Shown here one piece after another: positions 12,207-24,171 of a stretch of DNA of 38,221 bases. The DNA comes from Utricularia gibba. Its lineage: Eukaryota > Plantae > Magnoliophyta. The translations under genes and the position numbers were made by a program. The stretch covers positions 1 to 38,221 of the forward strand of contig NEEC01000045.1 in NCBI GenBank assembly GCA_002189035.1, given 5' to 3'. Each line of letters opens with the position of its first letter. Position 1 is the first letter of the stretch. The notes beneath the pieces are model-generated. The model did no database searches, was not told where the DNA came from, and worked only from the letters and a program-made list of their open reading frames with translations.

Positions 12207-12372
12207 TGATGCGCAATGAAATGACTACGTCGCACATCCTGGTCCGCGAAGCACCTCTTGCATAACATGCAGATCCTTGCTCTTCATAGCACACTGTTGG
12301 GAAGCCCTTTTCGAGCTCCAAGTATTATAATTTGGAGTTACGTTTGTCCGATAACTGTGGACATATTAAAAA
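12207..12372. other. 166-bp conserved core shared by A and B (representative A-to-B junction); function unknown
   Basis: Manual alignment of A and B from TGATGCGCAATGAAATG to GGACATATTAAAAA shows only the GCGAA[G/A]CACC site differing. About 44 substitutions fall in the remaining ~357 bp. Confidence 0.9.
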
Positions 12373-12793
12373 CAAGCCACAACGAAAAGTGTCTTAGGTG
12401 TCCTTTCTTGGTGGCTGCGTCTAAGAATGTGCTTCTCGTTCTCGACATTGATGCAAATGGGATACACGGCAAAAGAATCAAATAGCCACTAGAGACATGG
12501 TGTATGGGAATGGTGCATCAAGAATCAGAAGTATCATAGCAACTAATTGAATCAATCAACAGCCAAAACATATGGTGTCAAACTTCATCGGATATGCGAT
12601 CAAGATGGAAAAAAGTCACATGTTACATCATGAATTTCGTGGCATCACTTATCCCAACACTGTTGTATACTCAGGATATGCGTAAATATTTATTTTTAAC
12701 AAATCCGGTGCACGTGTGATTTTTCGGCTGCATCCCGAATGGTGATGCGCAATGAAATGACTACGTCGCACATCCTGGTCCGCGAAACACCTC
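12258..12793. repeat. Monomer type B, representative copy (536 bp)
   Basis: Diagnostic alleles: AAAAACAAGCCAC, CTTAGGTGTCCTTTCTT, GCAAATGGGATACACGG, the 13-bp insertion TCAACAGCCAAAA (12556-12568), CATCGGATATG and AATCCGGTG. The B-to-A spacing is 536 bp in clean copies. Confidence 0.95.
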
Positions 12794-15700
12794 TTGCATA
12801 ACATGCAGATCCTTGCTCTTCATAGCACACTGTTGGGAAGCCCTTTTCGAGCTCCAAGTATTATAATTTGGAGTTACGTTTGTCCGATAACTGTGGACAT
12901 ATTAAAAAAGGGCCACAACGAAAGGTGTCTCACGTGGCATTCCGTGGTGACTGCATTTAATAATGTGCTTCATGTTCTCGAAATTGATGCGAACAACATA
13001 CAAGGCAAAAGAATCAAATAGCCACTAGAGACATGGTATACGGGAATGGTGCATCAAGAATCAGAAGTATCATAGCAACTAAATGCATCAACATATGGTG
13101 TCAGAATTCATCTACTATGCGATCAAGTTGGAAAAAAGTCACATGCTACATCATGAATTTCGTGGCATCACTTATCCCAACACTGTTATACACTCTGGAT
13201 ATGCGTAAATATTTATTTTTAATGAATCCCGTGCACGTGTGATTTTTAGGATGCACCCCGAATGATGATGCGCAATGAAATGACTACGTCGCACATCCTG
13301 GTCCGCGAAGCACCTCTTGCATAACATGCAGATCCTTGCTCTTCATAGCACACTGTTGGGAAGCCCTTTTCGAGCTCCAAGTATTATAATTTGGAGTTAC
13401 GTTTGTCCGATAACTGTGGACATATTAAAAACAAGCCACAACGAAAAGTGTCTTAGGTGTCCTTTCTTGGTGGCTGCGTCTAAGAATGTGCTTCTCGTTC
13501 TCGACATTGATGCAAATGGGATACACGGCAAAAGAATCAAATAGCCACTAGAGACATGGTGTATGGGAATGGTGCATCAAGAATCAGAAGTATCATAGCA
13601 ACTAATTGAATCAATCAACAGCCAAAACATATGGTGTCAAACTTCATCGGATATGCGATCAAGATGGAAAAAAGTCACATGTTACATCATGAATTTCGTG
13701 GCATCACTTATCCCAACACTGTTGTATACTCAGGATATGCGTAAATATTTATTTTTAACAAATCCGGTGCACGTGTGATTTTTCGGCTGCATCCCGAATG
13801 GTGATGCGCAATGAAATGACTACGTCGCACATCCTGGTCCGCGAAGCACCTCTTGCATAACATGCAGATCCTTGCTCTTCATAGCACACTGTTGGGAAGC
13901 CCTTTTCGAGCTCCAAGTATTATAATTTGGAGTTACGTTTGTCCGATAACTGTGGACATATTAAAAAAGGGCCACAACGAAAGGTGTCTCACGTGGCATT
14001 CCGTGGTGACTGCATTTAATAATGTGCTTCATGTTCTCGAAATTGATGCGAACAACATACAAGGCAAAAGAATCAAATAGCCACTAGAGACATGGTATAC
14101 GGGAATGGTGCATCAAGAATCAGAAGTATCATAGCAACTAAATGCATCAACATATGGTGTCAGAATTCATCTACTATGCGATCAAGTTGGAAAAAAGTCA
14201 CATGCTACATCATGAATTTCGTGGCATCACTTATCCCAACACTGTTATACACTCTGGATATGCGTAAATATTTATTTTTAATGAATCCCGTGCACGTGTG
14301 ATTTTTAGGATGCACCCCGAATGATGATGCGCAATGAAATGACTACGTCGCACATCCTGGTCCGCGAAGCACCTCTTGCATAACATGCAGATCCTTGCTC
14401 TTCATAGCACACTGTTGGGAAGCCCTTTTCGAGCTCCAAGTATTATAATTTGGAGTTACGTTTGTCCGATAACTGTGGACATATTAAAAACAAGCCACAA
14501 CGAAAAGTGTCTTAGGTGTCCTTTCTTGGTGGCTGCGTCTAAGAATGTGCTTCTCGTTCTCGACATTGATGCAAATGGGATACACGGCAAAAGAATCAAA
14601 TAGCCACTAGAGACATGGTGTATGGGAATGGTGCATCAAGAATCAGAAGTATCATAGCAACTAATTGAATCAATCAACAGCCAAAACATATGGTGTCAAA
14701 CTTCATCGGATATGCGATCAAGATGGAAAAAAGTCACATGTTACATCATGAATTTCGTGGCATCACTTATCCCAACACTGTTGTATACTCAGGATATGCG
14801 TAAATATTTATTTTTAACAAATCCGGTGCACGTGTGATTTTTCGGCTGCATCCCGAATGGTGATGCGCAATGAAATGACTACGTCGCACATCCTGGTCCG
14901 CGAAGCACCTCTTGCATAACATGCAGATCCTTGCTCTTCATAGCACACTGTTGGGAAGCCCTTTTCGAGCTCCAAGTATTATAATTTGGAGTTACGTTTG
15001 TCCGATAACTGTGGACATATTAAAAAAGGGCCACAACGAAAGGTGTCTCACGTGGCATTCCGTGGTGACTGCATTTAATAATGTGCTTCATGTTCTCGAA
15101 ATTGATGCGAACAACATACAAGGCAAAAGAATCAAATAGCCACTAGAGACATGGTATACGGGAATGGTGCATCAAGAATCAGAAGTATCATAGCAACTAA
15201 ATGCATCAACATATGGTGTCAGAATTCATCTACTATGCGATCAAGTTGGAAAAAAGTCACATGCTACATCATGAATTTCGTGGCATCACTTATCCCAACA
15301 CTGTTATACACTCTGGATATGCGTAAATATTTATTTTTAATGAATCCCGTGCACGTGTGATTTTTAGGATGCACCCCGAATGATGATGCGCAATGAAATG
15401 ACTACGTCGCACATCCTGGTCCGCGAAGCACCTCTTGCATAACATGCAGATCCTTGCTCTTCATAGCACACTGTTGGGAAGCCCTTTTCGAGCTCCAAGT
15501 ATTATAATTTGGAGTTACGTTTGTCCGATAACTGTGGACATATTAAAAACAAGCCACAACGAAAAGTGTCTTAGGTGTCCTTTCTTGGTGGCTGCGTCTA
15601 AGAATGTGCTTCTCGTTCTCGACATTGATGCAAATGGGATACACGGCAAAAGAATCAAATAGCCACTAGAGACATGGTGTATGGGAATGGTGCATCAAGA

Positions 15701-18700
15701 ATCAGAAGTATCATAGCAACTAATTGAATCAATCAACAGCCAAAACATATGGTGTCAAACTTCATCGGATATGCGATCAAGATGGAAAAAAGTCACATGT
15801 TACATCATGAATTTCGTGGCATCACTTATCCCAACACTGTTGTATACTCAGGATATGCGTAAATATTTATTTTTAACAAATCCGTGCACGTGTGATTTTT
15901 CGGATGCACCCCGAATGATGATGCGCAATGAAATGACTACGTCGCACATCCTGGTCCGCGAAGCACCTCTTGCATAACATGCAGATCCTTGCTCTTCATA
16001 GCACACTGTTGGGAAGCCCTTTTCGAGCTCCAAGTATTATAATTTGGAGTTACGTTTGTCCGATAACTGTGGACATATTAAAAAAGGGCCACAACGAAAG
16101 GTGTCTCACGTGGCATTCCGTGGTGACTGCATTTAATAATGTGCTTCATGTTCTCGAAATTGATGCGAACAACATACAAGGCAAAAGAATCAAATAGCCA
16201 CTAGAGACATGGTATACGGGAATGGTGCATCAAGAATCAGAAGTATCATAGCAACTAAATGCATCAACATATGGTGTCAGAATTCATCTACTATGCGATC
16301 AAGTTGGAAAAAAGTCACATGCTACATCATGAATTTCGTGGCATCACTTATCCCAACACTGTTATACACTCTGGATATGCGTAAATATTTATTTTTAATG
16401 AATCCCGTGCACGTGTGATTTTTAGGATGCACCCCGAATGATGATGCGCAATGAAATGACTACGTCGCACATCCTGGTCCGCGAAGCACCTCTTGCATAA
16501 CATGCAGATCCTTGCTCTTCATAGCACACTGTTGGGAAGCCCTTTTCGAGCTCCAAGTATTATAATTTGGAGTTACGTTTGTCCGATAACTGTGGACATA
16601 TTAAAAACAAGCCACAACGAAAAGTGTCTTAGGTGTCCTTTCTTGGTGGCTGCGTCTAAGAATGTGCTTCTCGTTCTCGACATTGATGCAAATGGGATAC
16701 ACGGCAAAAGAATCAAATAGCCACTAGAGACATGGTGTATGGGAATGGTGCATCAAGAATCAGAAGTATCATAGCAACTAATTGAATCAATCAACAGCCA
16801 AAACATATGGTGTCAAACTTCATCGGATATGCGATCAAGATGGAAAAAAGTCACATGTTACATCATGAATTTCGTGGCATCACTTATCCCAACACTGTTG
16901 TATACTCAGGATATGCGTAAATATTTATTTTTAATGAATCCGGTGCACGTGTGATTTTTCGGCTGCACCCGAATGATGATGCGCAATGAAATGACTACGT
17001 CGCACATCCTGGTCCGCGAAGCACCTCTTGCATAACATGCAGATCCTTGCTCTTCATAGCACACTGTTGGGAAGCCCTTTTCGAGCTCCAAGTATTATAA
17101 TTTGGAGTTACGTTTGTCCGATAACTGTGGACATATTAAAAAAGGGCCACAACGAAAGGTGTCTCACGTGGCATTCCGTGGTGACTGCATTTAATAATGT
17201 GCTTCATGTTCTCGAAATTGATGCGAACAACATACAAGGCAAAAGAATCAAATAGCCACTAGAGACATGGTATACGGGAATGGTGCATCAAGAATCAGAA
17301 GTATCATAGCAACTAAATGCATCAACATATGGTGTCAGAATTCATCTACTATGCGATCAAGTTGGAAAAAAGTCACATGCTACATCATGAATTTCGTGGC
17401 ATCACTTATCCCAACACTGTTATACACTCTGGATATGCGTAAATATTTATTTTTAATGAATCCCGTGCACGTGTGATTTTTAGGATGCACCCCGAATGAT
17501 GATGCGCAATGAAATGACTACGTCGCACATCCTGGTCCGCGAAGCACCTCTTGCATAACATGCAGATCCTTGCTCTTCATAGCACACTGTTGGGAAGCCC
17601 TTTTCGAGCTCCAAGTATTATAATTTGGAGTTACGTTTGTCCGATAACTGTGGACATATTAAAAACAAGCCACAACGAAAAGTGTCTTAGGTGTCCTTTC
17701 TTGGTGGCTGCGTCTAAGAATGTGCTTCTCGTTCTCGACATTGATGCAAATGGGATACACGGCAAAAGAATCAAATAGCCACTAGAGACATGGTGTATGG
17801 GAATGGTGCATCAAGAATCAGAAGTATCATAGCAACTAATTGAATCAATCAACAGCCAAAACATATGGTGTCAAACTTCATCGGATATGCGATCAAGATG
17901 GAAAAAAGTCACATGTTACATCATGAATTTCGTGGCATCACTTATCCCAACACTGTTGTATACTCAGGATATGCGTAAATATTTATTTTTAACAAATCCG
18001 GTGCACGTGTGATTTTTCGGATGCACCCGAATGATGATGCGCAATGAAATGACTACGTCGCACATCCTGGTCCGCGAAGCACCTCTTGCATAACATGCAG
18101 ATCCTTGCTCTTCATAGCACACTGTTGGGAAGCCCTTTTCGAGCTCCAAGTATTATAATTTGGAGTTACGTTTGTCCGATAACTGTGGACATATTAAAAA
18201 AGGGCCACAACGAAAGGTGTCTCACGTGGCATTCCGTGGTGACTGCATTTAATAATGTGCTTCATGTTCTCGAAATTGATGCGAACAACATACAAGGCAA
18301 AAGAATCAAATAGCCACTAGAGACATGGTATACGGGAATGGTGCATCAAGAATCAGAAGTATCATAGCAACTAAATGCATCAACATATGGTGTCAGAATT
18401 CATCTACTATGCGATCAAGTTGGAAAAAAGTCACATGCTACATCATGAATTTCGTGGCATCACTTATCCCAACACTGTTATACACTCTGGATATGCGTAA
18501 ATATTTATTTTTAATGAATCCCGTGCACGTGTGATTTTTAGGATGCACCCCGAATGATGATGCGCAATGAAATGACTACGTCGCACATCCTGGTCCGCGA
18601 AGCACCTCTTGCATAACATGCAGATCCTTGCTCTTCATAGCACACTGTTGGGAAGCCCTTTTCGAGCTCCAAGTATTATAATTTGGAGTTACGTTTGTCC

Positions 18701-18839
18701 GATAACTGTGGACATATTAAAAACAAGCCACAACGAAAAGTGTCTTAGGTGTCCTTTCTTGGTGGCTGCGTCTAAGAATGTGCTTCTCGTTCTCGACATT
18801 GATGCAAATGGGATACACGGCAAAAGAATCAAATAGCCA

Positions 18840-19412
18840 CTAGAGACATGGTATGGGAATGGTGCATCAAGAATCAGAAGTATCATAGCAACTAATTGTC
18901 ATCAACAGCATATGGTGTCAAATTCATCGATATGCGATCAAGAAAAAAAAGTCACATGTTACATCATGAATTTCGTGGCATCACTTATCCCAACACTGTG
19001 GATATGCGTAAATCAAATCACGTGTGATTTTTAGGATGCACCCCGAATGATGATGCGCAATGAAATGACTACGTCGCACATCCTGGTCCGCGAAGCACCT
19101 CTTGCATAACATGCAGATCCTTGCTCTTCATAGCACACTGTTGGGAAGCCCTTTTCGAGCTCCAAGTATTATAATTTGGAGTTACGTTTGTCCGATAACT
19201 GTGGACATATTAAAAACAAGTCACATGTTACATCATGAATTTCATGTGGCATCACTTCATCCCAACAACTGGTGTGCGATCAAGATCACATGGAATATGT
19301 TGGATAAAATATTTATTTTTAAAATCCGTGCACGTGTGATTTTTAGGATGCACCCGAATGATGATGCGCAATGAAATGACTACGTCGCACATCCTGGTCC
19401 GCGAAGCACCTC
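18840..19412. other. Degraded or deleted repeat units (493-bp and 311-bp monomers)
   Basis: Core spacing is 18609 to 19102 (493 bp) and 19102 to 19413 (311 bp). There are multiple internal deletions and scrambled bases at 19240-19310. Confidence 0.85.
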
Positions 19413-22400
19413 TTGCATAACATGCAGATCCTTGCTCTTCATAGCACACTGTTGGGAAGCCCTTTTCGAGCTCCAAGTATTATAATTTGGAGTTACGTTT
19501 GTCCGATAACTGTGGACATATTAAAAAAGGGCCACAACGAAAGGTGTCTCACGTGGCATTCCGTGGTGACTGCATTTAATAATGTGCTTCATGTTCTCGA
19601 AATTGATGCGAACAACATACAAGGCAAAAGAATCAAATAGCCACTAGAGACATGGTATACGGGAATGGTGCATCAAGAATCAGAAGTATCATAGCAACTA
19701 AATGCATCAACATATGGTGTCAGAATTCATCTACTATGCGATCAAGTTGGAAAAAAGTCACATGCTACATCATGAATTTCGTGGCATCACTTATCCCAAC
19801 ACTGTTATACACTCTGGATATGCGTAAATATTTATTTTTAATGAATCCCGTGCACGTGTGATTTTTAGGATGCACCCCGAATGATGATGCGCAATGAAAT
19901 GACTACGTCGCACATCCTGGTCCGCGAAGCACCTCTTGCATAACATGCAGATCCTTGCTCTTCATAGCACACTGTTGGGAAGCCCTTTTCGAGCTCCAAG
20001 TATTATAATTTGGAGTTACGTTTGTCCGATAACTGTGGACATATTAAAAACAAGCCACAACGAAAAGTGTCTTAGGTGTCCTTTCTTGGTGGCTGCGTCT
20101 AAGAATGTGCTTCTCGTTCTCGACATTGATGCAAATGGGATACACGGCAAAAGAATCAAATAGCCACTAGAGACATGGTGTATGGGAATGGTGCATCAAG
20201 AATCAGAAGTATCATAGCAACTAATTGAATCAATCAACAGCCAAAACATATGGTGTCAAACTTCATCGGATATGCGATCAAGATGGAAAAAAGTCACATG
20301 TTACATCATGAATTTCGTGGCATCACTTATCCCAACACTGTTGTATACTCAGGATATGCGTAAATATTTATTTTTAACAAATCCGGTGCACGTGTGATTT
20401 TTCGGCTGCATCCCGAATGGTGATGCGCAATGAAATGACTACGTCGCACATCCTGGTCCGCGAAACACCTCTTGCATAACATGCAGATCCTTGCTCTTCA
20501 TAGCACACTGTTGGGAAGCCCTTTTCGAGCTCCAAGTATTATAATTTGGAGTTACGTTTGTCCGATAACTGTGGACATATTAAAAAAGGGCCACAACGAA
20601 AGGTGTCTCACGTGGCATTCCGTGGTGACTGCATTTAATAATGTGCTTCATGTTCTCGAAATTGATGCGAACAACATACAAGGCAAAAGAATCAAATAGC
20701 CACTAGAGACATGGTATACGGGAATGGTGCATCAAGAATCAGAAGTATCATAGCAACTAAATGCATCAACATATGGTGTCAGAATTCATCTACTATGCGA
20801 TCAAGTTGGAAAAAAGTCACATGCTACATCATGAATTTCGTGGCATCACTTATCCCAACACTGTTATACACTCTGGATATGCGTAAATATTTATTTTTAA
20901 TGAATCCCGTGCACGTGTGATTTTTAGGATGCACCCCGAATGATGATGCGCAATGAAATGACTACGTCGCACATCCTGGTCCGCGAAGCACCTCTTGCAT
21001 AACATGCAGATCCTTGCTCTTCATAGCACACTGTTGGGAAGCCCTTTTCGAGCTCCAAGTATTATAATTTGGAGTTACGTTTGTCCGATAACTGTGGACA
21101 TATTAAAAACAAGCCACAACGAAAAGTGTCTTAGGTGTCCTTTCTTGGTGGCTGCGTCTAAGAATGTGCTTCTCGTTCTCGACATTGATGCAAATGGGAT
21201 ACACGGCAAAAGAATCAAATAGCCACTAGAGACATGGTGTATGGGAATGGTGCATCAAGAATCAGAAGTATCATAGCAACTAATTGAATCAATCAACAGC
21301 CAAAACATATGGTGTCAAACTTCATCGGATATGCGATCAAGATGGAAAAAAGTCACATGTTACATCATGAATTTCGTGGCATCACTTATCCCAACACTGT
21401 TGTATACTCAGGATATGCGTAAATATTTATTTTTAACAAATCCGGTGCACGTGTGATTTTTCGGCTGCATCCCGAATGGTGATGCGCAATGAAATGACTA
21501 CGTCGCACATCCTGGTCCGCGAAGCACCTCTTGCATAACATGCAGATCCTTGCTCTTCATAGCACACTGTTGGGAAGCCCTTTTCGAGCTCCAAGTATTA
21601 TAATTTGGAGTTACGTTTGTCCGATAACTGTGGACATATTAAAAAAGGGCCACAACGAAAGGTGTCTCACGTGGCATTCCGTGGTGACTGCATTTAATAA
21701 TGTGCTTCATGTTCTCGAAATTGATGCGAACAACATACAAGGCAAAAGAATCAAATAGCCACTAGAGACATGGTATACGGGAATGGTGCATCAAGAATCA
21801 GAAGTATCATAGCAACTAAATGCATCAACATATGGTGTCAGAATTCATCTACTATGCGATCAAGTTGGAAAAAAGTCACATGCTACATCATGAATTTCGT
21901 GGCATCACTTATCCCAACACTGTTATACACTCTGGATATGCGTAAATATTTATTTTTAATGAATCCCGTGCACGTGTGATTTTTAGGATGCACCCCGAAT
22001 GATGATGCGCAATGAAATGACTACGTCGCACATCCTGGTCCGCGAAGCACCTCTTGCATAACATGCAGATCCTTGCTCTTCATAGCACACTGTTGGGAAG
22101 CCCTTTTCGAGCTCCAAGTATTATAATTTGGAGTTACGTTTGTCCGATAACTGTGGACATATTAAAAACAAGCCACAACGAAAAGTGTCTTAGGTGTCCT
22201 TTCTTGGTGGCTGCGTCTAAGAATGTGCTTCTCGTTCTCGACATTGATGCAAATGGGATACACGGCAAAAGAATCAAATAGCCACTAGAGACATGGTGTA
22301 TGGGAATGGTGCATCAAGAATCAGAAGTATCATAGCAACTAATTGAATCAATCAACAGCCAAAACATATGGTGTCAAACTTCATCGGATATGCGATCAAG

Positions 22401-24171
22401 ATGGAAAAAAGTCACATGTTACATCATGAATTTCGTGGCATCACTTATCCCAACACTGTTGTATACTCAGGATATGCGTAAATATTTATTTTTAACAAAT
22501 CCGGTGCACGTGTGATTTTTCGGCTGCATCCCGAATGGTGATGCGCAATGAAATGACTACGTCGCACATCCTGGTCCGCGAAACACCTCTTGCATAACAT
22601 GCAGATCCTTGCTCTTCATAGCACACTGTTGGGAAGCCCTTTTCGAGCTCCAAGTATTATAATTTGGAGTTACGTTTGTCCGATAACTGTGGACATATTA
22701 AAAAAGGGCCACAACGAAAGGTGTCTCACGTGGCATTCCGTGGTGACTGCATTTAATAATGTGCTTCATGTTCTCGAAATTGATGCGAACAACATACAAG
22801 GCAAAAGAATCAAATAGCCACTAGAGACATGGTATACGGGAATGGTGCATCAAGAATCAGAAGTATCATAGCAACTAAATGCATCAACATATGGTGTCAG
22901 AATTCATCTACTATGCGATCAAGTTGGAAAAAAGTCACATGCTACATCATGAATTTCGTGGCATCACTTATCCCAACACTGTTATACACTCTGGATATGC
23001 GTAAATATTTATTTTTAATGAATCCCGTGCACGTGTGATTTTTAGGATGCACCCCGAATGATGATGCGCAATGAAATGACTACGTCGCACATCCTGGTCC
23101 GCGAAGCACCTCTTGCATAACATGCAGATCCTTGCTCTTCATAGCACACTGTTGGGAAGCCCTTTTCGAGCTCCAAGTATTATAATTTGGAGTTACGTTT
23201 GTCCGATAACTGTGGACATATTAAAAACAAGCCACAACGAAAAGTGTCTTAGGTGTCCTTTCTTGGTGGCTGCGTCTAAGAATGTGCTTCTCGTTCTCGA
23301 CATTGATGCAAATGGGATACACGGCAAAAGAATCAAATAGCCACTAGAGACATGGTGTATGGGAATGGTGCATCAAGAATCAGAAGTATCATAGCAACTA
23401 ATTGAATCAATCAACAGCCAAAACATATGGTGTCAAACTTCATCGGATATGCGATCAAGATGGAAAAAAGTCACATGTTACATCATGAATTTCGTGGCAT
23501 CACTTATCCCAACACTGTTGTATACTCAGGATATGCGTAAATATTTATTTTTAACAAATCCGGTGCACGTGTGATTTTTCGGCTGCATCCCGAATGGTGA
23601 TGCGCAATGAAATGACTACGTCGCACATCCTGGTCCGCGAAACACCTCTTGCATAACATGCAGATCCTTGCTCTTCATAGCACACTGTTGGGAAGCCCTT
23701 TTCGAGCTCCAAGTATTATAATTTGGAGTTACGTTTGTCCGATAACTGTGGACATATTAAAAAAGGGCCACAACGAAAGGTGTCTCACGTGGCATTCCGT
23801 GGTGACTGCATTTAATAATGTGCTTCATGTTCTCGAAATTGATGCGAACAACATACAAGGCAAAAGAATCAAATAGCCACTAGAGACATGGTATACGGGA
23901 ATGGTGCATCAAGAATCAGAAGTATCATAGCAACTAAATGCATCAACATATGGTGTCAGAATTCATCTACTATGCGATCAAGTTGGAAAAAAGTCACATG
24001 CTACATCATGAATTTCGTGGCATCACTTATCCCAACACTGTTATACACTCTGGATATGCGTAAATATTTATTTTTAATGAATCCCGTGCACGTGTGATTT
24101 TTAGGATGCACCCCGAATGATGATGCGCAATGAAATGACTACGTCGCACATCCTGGTCCGCGAAGCACCTC
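19413..24171. repeat. Regular (AB)n block, exact 1,059-bp period
   Basis: A cores fall at 19413, 20472, 21531, 22590 and 23649, with B cores at +523. Confidence 0.95.

Larger units (their letters stand above)
11735..12257. repeat. Monomer type A, representative copy (523 bp)
   Basis: Diagnostic alleles: AAAAAAGGGCCAC, CTCACGTGGCATTCC, GCGAACAACATACAAGG, AAATGCATCAACATATGG and CAGAATTC (EcoRI, 12045-12050). The core-to-core spacing from A to the next B is 523 bp in essentially every clean copy in the ORF track. Confidence 0.95.
10676..18608. repeat. Regular (AB)n higher-order repeat block, 1,058-1,059-bp period
   Basis: A cores fall at 10676, 11735, 12794, 13853, 14912, 15970, 17028 and 18086, each followed by a B core 523 bp later. 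Confidence 0.95.
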
